From Candidatus Bathyarchaeota archaeon (GTDB lineage: Archaea; Thermoproteota; Bathyarchaeia; Bathyarchaeales; Bathycorpusculaceae), in NCBI GenBank assembly GCA_003141855.1, contig PLNS01000013.1:21370-85369 (forward strand): 64,000 nucleotides of DNA. The letters run 5' to 3'. The position numbers and the translations under genes were made by a program. The notes beneath the pieces are model-generated. The model searched no databases. It saw only the letters and a list, made by a program, of their open reading frames with translations, and was not told the DNA's origin. Each line of letters opens with the position of its first letter. Positions within the stretch are counted from its first letter, which is position 1. Positions 1-9,090 of the stretch are shown one piece after another.

Positions 1-364
1 AGTAGGCTGAAAGTGGACCTATGATTAATCTTGCAGCTAAGCCTATTCCGAAGGCGGTAACTAACCCTGAAGCAATTATGATTCGTATTCTTCTCACAGT
101 GGCTTGTATTTGCTGTTCTCTCGGTGACAGCATTGGAAATCCTGTTTTATGGATAATATAACGTACAGCCAAAACGGCAGCGACATAAATAATTATCCAA
201 AGGGCACCAAAGAAAGCGGTAGCTTGAAGCACCAAATAGAAAATTGGAATAATTAATGCGGCCAAAAATACTGCCATGAATACAATTATTGTTCGGCTTA
301 CTAGAAGAGGTTCTTTGGGAATCCAACCTCTAATGCGATTCTCCAAGTTCTTTCTTGTGTTCAT
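1..364 (-). CDS. Membrane protein with N-terminal RIRGW-motif, runs off the window edge (not in ORF track)
   Basis: Hand translation from ATG at 364 gives MNTRKNLENRIRGWIPKEPLLVSRTIIVFMAVFLAALIIP..., open to base 1. GGAGGA RBS upstream; several hydrophobic segments. Confidence 0.85.
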   Translation of the reverse strand, partial: MNTRKNLENRIRGWIPKEPLLVSRTIIVFMAVFLAALIIPIFYLVLQATAFFGALWIIIYVAAVLAVRYIIHKTGFPMLSPREQQIQATVRRIRIIIASGLVTAFGIGLAARLIIGPLSAY

Positions 365-387
365 TTCTCATGTATCCTCCATACTTT

Positions 388-909
388 TCATGGGAAAAGG
401 GGAAACTGATAATCCCTCTTCTTACCTACCCAATCACCTATGCAGGCTCCAACTGCAATAAAAGCGAAGAATAGTGACAATGAGTAGTGTATTGGAAGAG
501 GCTGACCCAATATTCCCACCACTAAACCGGAAAGAATGAACCCGCTCGCTAAGCCGAAGCATATCATAAAGGTTGCTCTACTCCTATATTTCTTGTAAAA
601 TAATGAGTTTAATGTGGAGTGATAATCGGGTTGTCTCTTGTAATCGCTTCGGGCACGAGTAAGATAAATAACCACACCCGTCATCGCTATGAACACAACC
701 GTCAGCGCAACAGTGCGATTTACAAGACTCTCCGCTAGAAAGGGTATGTAGAATAGAATAACCATGGCTGCTATGAACGCTAAAATTGCAAAAACGACTG
801 TATACCGAAAAACCTTGTAAGCCCTAGTCGATGTCTCAAACGCTTTTACTCTGCTTGGTTCTTGAGGAAACCACCCTCGAATACGCCTTTCCAATTTTTT
901 TAGTCCCAT
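388..909 (-). CDS. Multi-pass membrane protein, RIRGW-motif family
   Basis: MGLKKLERRIRGWFPQEP start (ATG 909 preferred over the ORF-track extension, which overlaps the upstream gene); about 4 TM segments. Confidence 0.85.
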   Translation of the reverse strand: MGLKKLERRIRGWFPQEPSRVKAFETSTRAYKVFRYTVVFAILAFIAAMVILFYIPFLAESLVNRTVALTVVFIAMTGVVIYLTRARSDYKRQPDYHSTLNSLFYKKYRSRATFMICFGLASGFILSGLVVGILGQPLPIHYSLSLFFAFIAVGACIGDWVGKKRDYQFPLFP

Positions 910-917
910 ATTTCCCT

Positions 918-1406
918 TCAACTCCTCCGTAAAGAGAACCAGCCTATGAGTTTCTTGGAGAGTTCTTTTTTGCCCCAAACATAAGCTATTACAGCAAACA
1001 GTAGCGGCACATGAACTAGTGCCAGCGTCAAGAGTGATAGGGCTCTCGTAAGAAAGCTGGAAGGAACAGAAAAAACATACAGATTAACAAGAACGCCTCC
1101 CAAACTGATAACCGTAAGTATTAGGCCCATCACAAGCTTCATATTCAACTCTTTGCCACGTGACACCAAAATATCCAGTGCCAAAGAGACGCCAAGTATA
1201 CACGAGATCCAAAGGAAAGGAGCGCCTGTAGCGTTGCCCTCTAGAAAATAGCTAATGGAGATGAGCATGAAGAGGGAGCAAAACAGTAACCCGCCTTTTG
1301 GAAGTTTGGTTTTTATGACTATGTTTTTTGCTGGGAAACTTGATAGATTGGGGTCTGTCGGGAACCAGCCTCGAATGCGCTGTTCAATTGATATCTTGTG
1401 CTTCAT
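918..1406 (-). CDS. Multi-pass membrane protein, RIRGW-motif family
   Basis: MKHKISIEQRIRGWFPTDP; about 4 hydrophobic segments. Confidence 0.85.
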   Translation of the reverse strand: MKHKISIEQRIRGWFPTDPNLSSFPAKNIVIKTKLPKGGLLFCSLFMLISISYFLEGNATGAPFLWISCILGVSLALDILVSRGKELNMKLVMGLILTVISLGGVLVNLYVFSVPSSFLTRALSLLTLALVHVPLLFAVIAYVWGKKELSKKLIGWFSLRRS

Positions 1407-1410
1407 GTTC

Positions 1411-1974
1411 TCAACTCTCCGATTCTGAGACCGTTTGTAATTCTATAACAGCGCTTGTACCCGCGAGGGGTATCTCGGAGCCATCTAGATAGAGTCTTGG
1501 TTTTGGCAACTCAATAGATGGGATGTCATTACCGATGACTTTAAGCAGATACGTGAATTGATCTCCCCCTCCAGAGCCGTTGTATTGGAGGGTATTGTTT
1601 CCGCTAACGAGCTCGAAGTTGTTTTGGGGAAAAGAGTCGATGATGTTCACTTGTCGTTGGAACTCTGGAAATACATGACCGTGCCAATACACGCGAGTTT
1701 TCACTTCGACAATGTCGCCGACGTTTGCGGTGGTACAATTCAAAGACTTGTCAAAATAGCTAGCTGTAACGTCAGCTTGCGGGTTACTGTAGTTTATGTA
1801 AATCTGTATGCCTCTGTAGGCTAAAAAGGACAAGGCAACCATGGCTACTAGGGTGAGAGCAATCCAGGCGGGTTTTTTCCAGCGAGGCTTTAAGGGTTTA
1901 TTTGCGTATGCTGCAAAAGGTTCTTTTGGAAGCCAACCCCTGATACGATTCTGTAAGTGATTCTTTGAATCCAT
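1411..1974 (-). CDS. Single-TM protein, RIRGW-motif family, with extracellular beta-rich (Ig/BatD-like) domain
   Basis: MDSKNHLQNRIRGWLPKEP, one TM, then a beta-strand-rich domain. Confidence 0.8.
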   Translation of the reverse strand: MDSKNHLQNRIRGWLPKEPFAAYANKPLKPRWKKPAWIALTLVAMVALSFLAYRGIQIYINYSNPQADVTASYFDKSLNCTTANVGDIVEVKTRVYWHGHVFPEFQRQVNIIDSFPQNNFELVSGNNTLQYNGSGGGDQFTYLLKVIGNDIPSIELPKPRLYLDGSEIPLAGTSAVIELQTVSESES

Positions 1975-1975
1975 C

Positions 1976-2515
1976 TTACATACCGCCATCAGGACGTGTT
2001 TGCTTCTTGTAATATCTGACCAGTAAAGTGTTAACTAAAATAACCGATAGCGAAAGAATAATCCACAAGCCGAGGGTTACCTCACTGCTCTTGATATTTG
2101 GGTCAATCAAGAAATACGTCCCTAAGAAAATGCTAAACATTATTGTGTTAGCCACGCCGATTATTTTGGACGCCTTTCTTTCCCCTTCCATCATGGATCT
2201 GTTTTTCATTTCACTAGGTCTTGAGATTTGGTTACGCGGCTTCCAAAGCAAGACACTCAAAACAGCACCGGCAAGAGCTGCGACAGCTCCGGCGGCGTAA
2301 GGTGCATTAGACTCTAAACCTAAAACTTGGAGTACGGTGAGCGCGCTGACCACAACAGCAAAAATAGCGATACCGAACACTGCCAGCCCAGTCTTGGTCG
2401 GCTTTTTGGTCTTCTGGTTCACCTCGACCATTTCGGTTTTTTGGGTACTTGGCAAATACGGCTCTTTTGGTAACCAGCCCCTAATACGAGACCCTAAACT
2501 TTTCTTTACATTCAT
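1976..2515 (-). CDS. Multi-pass membrane protein, RIRGW-motif family
   Basis: MNVKKSLGSRIRGWLPKEP; about 4 TM; ATGA overlap with the upstream HTH gene. Confidence 0.85.
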   Translation of the reverse strand: MNVKKSLGSRIRGWLPKEPYLPSTQKTEMVEVNQKTKKPTKTGLAVFGIAIFAVVVSALTVLQVLGLESNAPYAAGAVAALAGAVLSVLLWKPRNQISRPSEMKNRSMMEGERKASKIIGVANTIMFSIFLGTYFLIDPNIKSSEVTLGLWIILSLSVILVNTLLVRYYKKQTRPDGGM

Positions 2516-3003
2516 GTTTTCAACTCCGGGATAAGCGTACAGAAAAGTATATGCGCCAATTTGGCTGGGTGCATTTTCTCCGCGTCTTTGATCTCTATGC
2601 CTCTTTCTTTGGCTATTTCAAGCAGGTATGTTCGGGTTTGTTTTAGGAATTCTTCGTTTGTAATTTCTTCTGGTTGGTCGTGCCAGTACCAGACTTTTAT
2701 TCCATAATTTGTGCTGTAGGTGAGAATTGCTTTGCGTTTTAAGGCTGGATGATAACCTAAAAGCATACCTTCTTTGGGGTATAGTTTTGTGATTTGGAGG
2801 TCGTTTGCTTGCGCAACATCTAAAAGGGTTGTGGATAGTCTGGCTTCTGCGGCTAGTTTGGTTTGGTTAATGAACTGTCTTGTGGTGTTGAGTTTTTCAG
2901 CTATCGTTGCGGCGGATAAGCCTTTGCTTATCATTGACCAAATGGTCTTTTGTTTTTGACTAAGTGGAGACGCCAAGGTGCAAGTTGATCTCATAACCGT
3001 CAC
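2512..3003 (-). CDS. HTH transcriptional regulator (LuxR/sigma70-region-4-like HTH plus unknown C-terminal domain)
   Basis: LSQKQKTIWSMISKGLSAATIAEKLNTTRQFINQ fits an HTH pattern; first gene of the operon. Confidence 0.7.
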   Translation of the reverse strand: MTVMRSTCTLASPLSQKQKTIWSMISKGLSAATIAEKLNTTRQFINQTKLAAEARLSTTLLDVAQANDLQITKLYPKEGMLLGYHPALKRKAILTYSTNYGIKVWYWHDQPEEITNEEFLKQTRTYLLEIAKERGIEIKDAEKMHPAKLAHILFCTLIPELKT

Positions 3004-3006
3004 TGC

Positions 3007-3026
3007 GTAAATAGTATATTATTTAC
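3007..3026. promoter_or_regulatory. Palindrome GTAAATA-N6-TATTTAC between TATA box and start of the HTH gene (putative autoregulatory operator)
   Basis: Perfect 7-bp inverted repeat; minus-strand TTTAAATA at 3030-3037. Confidence 0.55.
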
Positions 3027-3135
3027 AATTATTTAAAAATATTGGTCGTTGTTAGAATACCAGCAACGGCATTAAGCCGTATGTTGAGTCTATGAATTTG
3101 CTGTTTTTAAATTCAGAGAATGGGAAATTAGAGCG

Positions 3136-4065
3136 CTATTTGCGTCTTTTTTTGCTTCTGACAAACAAGGCGATTGCCGCAATTACAACGACTGATGTTG
3201 CTGCTATCAGCAAAATAGCAATTGCGAGAGTGTAATCAGCTAATGGCTGTGACTTTGTTTCTGGGATTGAAGGCGAAGGACTTAAGGCTGTTTGCATAGG
3301 TGTGGGTGTTGTCGGGTTTCCGTCGTTTGATGAAACAACTATTAGGTCTGTGAGTGGGTGGTAATCTATGACTTCATCCCAATGACTATAAGGCGTATTC
3401 CATACACCTGAATTATCTATCTCCATAGCGTTTGGGAATCTTGTTAAGTAGTCGCCCCAGTAGTTTCTGTCCACCACTGGTTCTGGCGACAGCCAAACAG
3501 ACCAACTGCTAAGGATGTTATTCTCCGTGACGATATTGCCGCCGCTGGCGTAGTTTATGGAGATGCCGGTGGTGCAGTTCTTGACAGTATTATGGATGAG
3601 AGTGTTATTTGGGCTTCCAGTTATCCAGAAACCAGTGTCGCAGTCTTCAATGTAGTTGCCGATGAAAGTGTTATTGTAAGTGTTTTCGCTGCCTATTGCG
3701 TAGTAACAATTTATGATTTTTAGGTTCTTTACCGTTACATTGTTTATCTCGGTACGTGAGGGGTCTTGTCCCACCCCGTTTCCGAGGTTAATGCCTATGT
3801 CTTGTCCATTTCCGTCAATAGTGTAACCTGCGCCATCAATTACGATGTAACTCTTTTGAACCGAAATGCCGCCTGAAATGTTACCCGTTAAAGTGTAAAC
3901 ATTGCCGTTTCGCTGGACATTATTGGTCCCTGTTACTGACCCATCTGGGTTGATAAATGCGCTTGTGAAAAACTGAACTTGCGCCTCCACGACTCCAAAA
4001 GCCACCGCTCCGGCAGTAAGCAACATTAAAAATGTAAAGATTGCTAGAAATCGTTTCTCTCTCAT
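3136..4065 (-). CDS. Secreted right-handed beta-helix (NosD/PbH1-like) surface protein with C-terminal TM anchor
   Basis: Signal peptide, N/I-rich parallel beta-helix repeats, NYWGDY motif, P/T linker, TM plus basic tail; AGGTGA RBS. Confidence 0.8.
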   Translation of the reverse strand: MREKRFLAIFTFLMLLTAGAVAFGVVEAQVQFFTSAFINPDGSVTGTNNVQRNGNVYTLTGNISGGISVQKSYIVIDGAGYTIDGNGQDIGINLGNGVGQDPSRTEINNVTVKNLKIINCYYAIGSENTYNNTFIGNYIEDCDTGFWITGSPNNTLIHNTVKNCTTGISINYASGGNIVTENNILSSWSVWLSPEPVVDRNYWGDYLTRFPNAMEIDNSGVWNTPYSHWDEVIDYHPLTDLIVVSSNDGNPTTPTPMQTALSPSPSIPETKSQPLADYTLAIAILLIAATSVVVIAAIALFVRSKKRRK

Positions 4066-4197
4066 CTGCAATCACCTATAGTAAAAATGGTATTTTCTGA
4101 ATAAATGTGTGTTTGTAAAGATTCTTTGACAAAACAACCCTTACCAACGGTTGCAATAATTGCTTGGAAGATTTTGCTTTTCATAATCAAGTCTCTC

Positions 4198-5550
4198 CTA
4201 AGGAGGCGCGGTTTCGGTTGGTTCGAATGCGAGAAGAAGGGCGTAGCTTGTAATGTCTTTTCCGTCGTATCGGATTTGTATTTCAAATGTTCCTGTTGAG
4301 TTGCTACTGACTTTTGTAACGGTGAAACCTGGCTGTGGCGAGTCTGCGGTAAGAATTGGTCCGACTTTTTGGTTTGTAGAATTGTAAACGTTTGCTGTTA
4401 TACTGAAATAGTAATCTTTGGAGTAGTCGTTTCTAATTGTTCCATTTATGATAACGCACGCATCGCCATTGTTAATAGAATAAGAGCCTGTGGCGCCTGA
4501 GCGGGTGAAGCTTTGGTTATAATTTCCATAATAAAGTTGTGAATCAATCAAATAAGCCATAGTTTCAGCGCCCCCTTGATAATCACTTGGAAAGTGCAGA
4601 TAGACACCACTTTCTGATTGAGTGGAAGAAGACACTGGTTGATTGCTAACTAAATCACCACTTGCATAACTGTACGCTGGGAACGCTAACAATGAAACCG
4701 GAATAACGCAAGTTTCATTGGGTTGCAATGCATCATTAAGCAAAGCCGATGCCAAGTAACTTTGCCCATCCACGGAGGGCCCTCCAGAGAACATAGCGGT
4801 TTTAACTGGAAAGGTGTTGTTGTTGCATACTGTTACGTTGAAGTAGTTTTCGCCAATTTGGTTTAACGTCTTAGCCCAATTGTAAGAATTTGGCTCCAAT
4901 GGAAAATATCTGGAAGGATTACTTTTCTGAAAAAAATTGGGTTGGTCGTTAACGTATTCATTGCGGTTTTTGGCACTATTGAAGTGTTCATGCCAAGTAT
5001 CATTGTCATGCTGAATTGAGCTGTAGACTAAGATTTGCAGGTAAGCTTTTCTTTGTAAAATGGTGAAAGATTGACCGTTAATTACGTCGCCTAAGTTGTT
5101 CTGTGAAAGGTAGAGCTTAACTGTATGCTGACTAAATAGCGTTATTTCTGGGTATGCAAAAGTAAACTGAATACTTCTGGTTTGGTTGGGTTCAATCGTT
5201 ATCTCAGTGAAGTTGTCTGCAAAATCAAATGGCATGGTTTGGTTGCGGGGATCATGAACATAAATCATTCTCGTTGAATGTAAATTCGTTACCGCTACAG
5301 GTGAGTCATCAACTATGGCGGTTAATTGTAAATTATCAAAATTTTTGTTTGACGGGTTTACAAGGGTAATGTTGCCGCCGCTAATGTTATCGCCATATAT
5401 GTCAGGGCTGAAACTCGCTATAAACAGAGCATTCTTGTTGGAACCGTTAGCATTTACGTTTTGAACTGACACATACGCGAATGCGCTTGAAACAACAATC
5501 ACTATGGCGATTAAAGCTATAACTGTTAGGGATATTTTATTTAACTTAAT
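4198..5550 (-). CDS. N-terminally anchored extracellular multi-domain protein (C-terminal FxLYD-like Ig domain); probable ATT start
   Basis: Signal-anchor (I)KLNKISLTVIALIAIVIVV begins at ATT 5550, 8 nt after GGAGAG. The ORF-track start at 5631 lies inside the upstream gene. Confidence 0.65.
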   Translation of the reverse strand: MKLNKISLTVIALIAIVIVVSSAFAYVSVQNVNANGSNKNALFIASFSPDIYGDNISGGNITLVNPSNKNFDNLQLTAIVDDSPVAVTNLHSTRMIYVHDPRNQTMPFDFADNFTEITIEPNQTRSIQFTFAYPEITLFSQHTVKLYLSQNNLGDVINGQSFTILQRKAYLQILVYSSIQHDNDTWHEHFNSAKNRNEYVNDQPNFFQKSNPSRYFPLEPNSYNWAKTLNQIGENYFNVTVCNNNTFPVKTAMFSGGPSVDGQSYLASALLNDALQPNETCVIPVSLLAFPAYSYASGDLVSNQPVSSSTQSESGVYLHFPSDYQGGAETMAYLIDSQLYYGNYNQSFTRSGATGSYSINNGDACVIINGTIRNDYSKDYYFSITANVYNSTNQKVGPILTADSPQPGFTVTKVSSNSTGTFEIQIRYDGKDITSYALLLAFEPTETAPP

Positions 5551-6224
5551 TTTCTTCGCTCTCCAATCTCGGAAAATCGTGTTTTTTTCCTGAGGTACAA
5601 ACCAGCTCCCAACAGTGAAACTGCTATGCAAGCTATAATTATGAAAGGTAATGGATTTTCTAGCGGTTGGAAACTATCAGTGTTTGTTGTAGGCTGAGCT
5701 GTTCCAGTCGGATCCATAGGGTTAGTTGTGGCTGCGGTGTGGTTCATGGAATCCGTAAGCTGAGGCTGAGGCGGCACATAGTCATAGTCCACCGTAAACT
5801 CTCTTGTTCGGGACATTTCTTTACCGTCAGCAGCGTGCGAGTACACGATAAGCGTATGATTACCTTCTTCTACATTGTCCAAAGAGGCTTCTGTACTGAA
5901 AGCATTACCATGTGCAAAAACGCCTTTTGTAGTGGTCCAATAATAAAGTCCATCCTCCCTTGTTAAATTGGTAAGTGTAACGTTGGCTCCTCCGTCCAAA
6001 CTATAGCGGATGAAAGTGATGTCGGCTTCGTTTGTTAAGACGTTAACGCGAACCTGAAGTGGAACAGATGCGGTTGAATGAACATCGGGAGCAGGGATAG
6101 GAGAAAAGATTTCGATGGATGGCGGCGGATAATAATTTGCGCTCACCAAATTAACTTGTGATAGTGTTGGCACTGAAATTAGTAGCGCTAAAAGGGCTAT
6201 TACCGCCAATTTTGTCCTTTTCAT
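5541..6224 (-). CDS. Secreted Ig-like domain protein with C-terminal TM anchor
   Basis: Signal peptide, Big-like motif (YSLDGGAN...EGNHTLIVY), T/P linker, TM-RKK. Confidence 0.75.
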   Translation of the reverse strand: MKRTKLAVIALLALLISVPTLSQVNLVSANYYPPPSIEIFSPIPAPDVHSTASVPLQVRVNVLTNEADITFIRYSLDGGANVTLTNLTREDGLYYWTTTKGVFAHGNAFSTEASLDNVEEGNHTLIVYSHAADGKEMSRTREFTVDYDYVPPQPQLTDSMNHTAATTNPMDPTGTAQPTTNTDSFQPLENPLPFIIIACIAVSLLGAGLYLRKKTRFSEIGERRKLS

Positions 6225-6384
6225 ACCCTTACATCAATGAAATGCTAAGTTTATAGATAAAAGTGTTTTCGTCAAGGTTTCTTAACTTACACTGCACTAA
6301 AGATTAGAACACCTCGGACTGGGGATAGAAATAAGAAGCCTAATGCTGTATTTACTGATAATTAGAGCTAAGGGGAGCTGTTGA

Positions 6385-8055
6385 ATGAAAAGAGCAAGAC
6401 TATTTTCGGCAGTTGCAGTGCTTTTAATAGCCATTTTTATAGCAAATATATTTGCAATTAACAATGTAGGGAATGCAAGCGCACAGGAAAGTCAGCCGTT
6501 CCATGTTGGCGTAACTTACGGCGGCAGCAACATCACCGAAGCCCAGCAACTAATTGATAGAGTCAAGAATTACACTAACCTGTTCGTGGTACAGTCTGGT
6601 TCTCTGATGTCTAACCTTACGGGTATGGAGCAGATATGCGATTATGCCGTCAACGCAGGGTTAAACATAATAGTGTCCTTTGGCTACTACGGTGCTACAC
6701 CTAAGACTTGCAACGACTTCCTTGCCATTGCTCCAGCACGTTGGGGTAGCCATTTCTTGGGATTATATTATAATGACGAGCCTGGTGGGAAAATGCTTGA
6801 TGGCTCAGTCGCCCTTTATGACAATGCGACAGGAAATTCAATAATCAAGTCTATGAACTATATTCAAGTACAGCAAAGTGGGCAATCCAATGATAGCTCA
6901 TATTCCAATACTTATTTCTTCCATTCCTCAGGAGAGATTGACCTCCACATGTCCACAAGTTTCTCAAAGCTCCCCCCGAATTTGAACCCGACTCCTACAA
7001 GCTCATCGACAAGTCAAAACAGTCGGGCTTATGTGTTTACGACCTCCAACAGTACAAGATACTTTACAAACGGCACACTCTCATTCTCAACTGAATCTTC
7101 TTCAGCCGAAGAAATGATATCTAATCGACAGCTTTGGTATCAACCAAACGGTGAGGTGCAGGACGAAAAAGGAACATTAGTAACCGACGCAGGAAACACT
7201 TCCCAGTTTGAACCCTACCAGCAAGTATGGGATTCAAGACCACTTCAAACCTACACTGAAACAGCAAACATCTATGTGAGCACACAGCAGAACATCTTAA
7301 ACTCTATTGACAATCAAACAAACGTGAACCTTTTCACCTCAGACTATGGGCTGTACTGGTTCGACTACCTTGGTGGCTATAACACAGTATTTGCTGAATT
7401 AGGCTGGAATAACACTGTTGCCCAAGAAATCGGCTTAGTTAGAGGAGCGGCGAACTTGCAAGGCAAAGATTGGGGTACCATCATAGATTGGAAATACAAT
7501 CAGCCGCCCTATTTGCCCAGCGGAGATGAAATGTACGACCAGATGCTCACATCTTATGAGTGCGGTGCTAAGTATGTGGTTGTTTTTAACTACGCTGATG
7601 GCATGGATGGTCCGTATGGAACACTGCAGGATGAACATTTCCAAGCTCTCCAGCACTTCTGGAACGATGTGGTACAAAACCCAAACGTTAAACATGGCGG
7701 AATTACGGCTGAGGCAACATTGGTTTTACCCAAAGATTATGGATGGGGCATGAGACATGAAAACGACACGATTTGGGGATTGTGGAAAGCAGACGATACT
7801 TCACAGCAAATCTGGAACCAAGTGCAAAGCAGACTTGCTCAATACGGCTCAAAACTTGACATTGTCTATGATGACCCAGCCTATAACGTCACTGGAAAGT
7901 ATAGCCAAATATACTATTGGAACCAATCAGCCGCTCCCTTCGCAACTCCACTTATAATCGGGCTATTAGTTGCAGCCGCAATCATAGGCGCAGTCACTAT
8001 TATTGTCATTAGAGCAAAAAGGAGACAGCAATCTTCAGTGATAACTAGAACTTAG
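6385..8055 (+). CDS. Surface-anchored putative glycoside-hydrolase-like (beta/alpha)8 protein, paralog 1
   Basis: Signal peptide; VGVTY, LFVVQSG, YNDEPGG, FTSDYGLYW, AELGWN, RGAA, WGTII, YVVVFN motifs shared with three paralogs; C-terminal TM. Confidence 0.6.
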   Translation: MKRARLFSAVAVLLIAIFIANIFAINNVGNASAQESQPFHVGVTYGGSNITEAQQLIDRVKNYTNLFVVQSGSLMSNLTGMEQICDYAVNAGLNIIVSFGYYGATPKTCNDFLAIAPARWGSHFLGLYYNDEPGGKMLDGSVALYDNATGNSIIKSMNYIQVQQSGQSNDSSYSNTYFFHSSGEIDLHMSTSFSKLPPNLNPTPTSSSTSQNSRAYVFTTSNSTRYFTNGTLSFSTESSSAEEMISNRQLWYQPNGEVQDEKGTLVTDAGNTSQFEPYQQVWDSRPLQTYTETANIYVSTQQNILNSIDNQTNVNLFTSDYGLYWFDYLGGYNTVFAELGWNNTVAQEIGLVRGAANLQGKDWGTIIDWKYNQPPYLPSGDEMYDQMLTSYECGAKYVVVFNYADGMDGPYGTLQDEHFQALQHFWNDVVQNPNVKHGGITAEATLVLPKDYGWGMRHENDTIWGLWKADDTSQQIWNQVQSRLAQYGSKLDIVYDDPAYNVTGKYSQIYYWNQSAAPFATPLIIGLLVAAAIIGAVTIIVIRAKRRQQSSVITRT

Positions 8056-8087
8056 GGTTTAGTAATATTTGCCTGCGACCTGATTTA

Positions 8088-8510
8088 TTACAAATTGCCT
8101 CGTCGCCAAGTTTTTACTGTTTCATAGCAAAAGAAAAATGCGAGTATCACGGTTGCAACTAACGAAAAAACGTATTCACGGTAAAGAACAGCCGGCTTCA
8201 TGATTGTCAATTCTATTATGAGGATTGCGATGGCAAATATGGCGTAAAAAAAGTATCTCGGAACCAGAAAACGATTGATCTTGATGCTGTTCTCCAAAAG
8301 GAATTTGCTAACGGTGAAACCGCCAGGCGCCTTTTTCAGAAGCCCCGCATCTTCAAGTTTAGATAGATGGTACGTGGCTACCGAGGAACTGCTAAGATTT
8401 AGCGCTCTTTGAAGTTCGCGTGTTCCAACAGGCTTATTGCTTTTTAACAGAAAACGGTAAACTTCAAGAGTAGTTCCTCTTAGCACTTCTTTGGAGTCAT
8501 CGTCAACCAA
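8088..8510 (-). CDS. Membrane-tethered winged-helix regulator (family 1)
   Basis: GTTLEVYRFL...GTRELQRALNLSSSSVATYHLSKL wHTH followed by 2 TM; paralog of 16265..16744. Confidence 0.8.
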   Translation of the reverse strand: MVDDDSKEVLRGTTLEVYRFLLKSNKPVGTRELQRALNLSSSSVATYHLSKLEDAGLLKKAPGGFTVSKFLLENSIKINRFLVPRYFFYAIFAIAILIIELTIMKPAVLYREYVFSLVATVILAFFFCYETVKTWRRGNL

Positions 8511-8580
8511 ACTCTTTCACAGTCCCAAACAAAGCGCATCAATAATTTAAGAGCTATCCTCAAGAGTTACCCATTGCACC

Positions 8581-8598
8581 TGTTCGAAAATTAGAACA
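8581..8598. promoter_or_regulatory. TGTTCT-N6-AGAACA-type operator upstream of 8671
   Basis: TGTTCG-aaaatt-AGAACA. Confidence 0.55.
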
Positions 8599-8670
8599 CC
8601 CTTCAACAAAATATAGCATTAAATAACAGACTGCATGTTTTCATGAAGTATTACAGATAAGGATGAAATT

Positions 8671-8976
8671 ATGAGCCTGCTCCGGAAGAAAATGCTAATG
8701 GCACCCCTTCTTGCACTTGCATTAGCCTTCTTACTAGCAGGAGCCGTAAGTTTTTTGCCCCAAAATGCTTCGCAAGGTCCCCCCAACCCTCAACCCACCT
8801 CAAATCCTAATTCAACCATGACGCCCTTACCTACATCACCACCAGTGGCGCAAACTACCACATTAAGTAGCAATGTAGTTTCAATTCTTTTTGCTGTTGC
8901 CGCTATAGTAGTTGCGATAGTTGCTGCTCTTTTGTTATTTTCAGAAAGAAGCCTCAAGAAAGAAATTAATCAATGA
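8671..8976 (+). CDS. Small membrane protein (signal/TM, P/T linker, TM)
   Basis: Two hydrophobic segments around a Pro/Thr-rich linker; divergent from the wHTH gene. Confidence 0.75.
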   Translation: MSLLRKKMLMAPLLALALAFLLAGAVSFLPQNASQGPPNPQPTSNPNSTMTPLPTSPPVAQTTTLSSNVVSILFAVAAIVVAIVAALLLFSERSLKKEINQ

Positions 8977-8999
8977 TAATGACTTTCTGCTATCACGCA

Positions 9000-9026
9000 T
9001 GTGCTAAAAAAAGAACAGTTCGTTCT
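9000..9026 (+). promoter_or_regulatory. Tandem TGTTCT-N6-AGAACA-type operator upstream of 9091
   Basis: TGTGCT-aaaaaa-AGAACA-gtt-CGTTCT. Confidence 0.5.
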
Positions 9027-9090
9027 AAAACATCGCATTAAGTACAGCTTGCACCTGCTTTATTCATCCAAGCAAAGGAGCGAAAAATGA

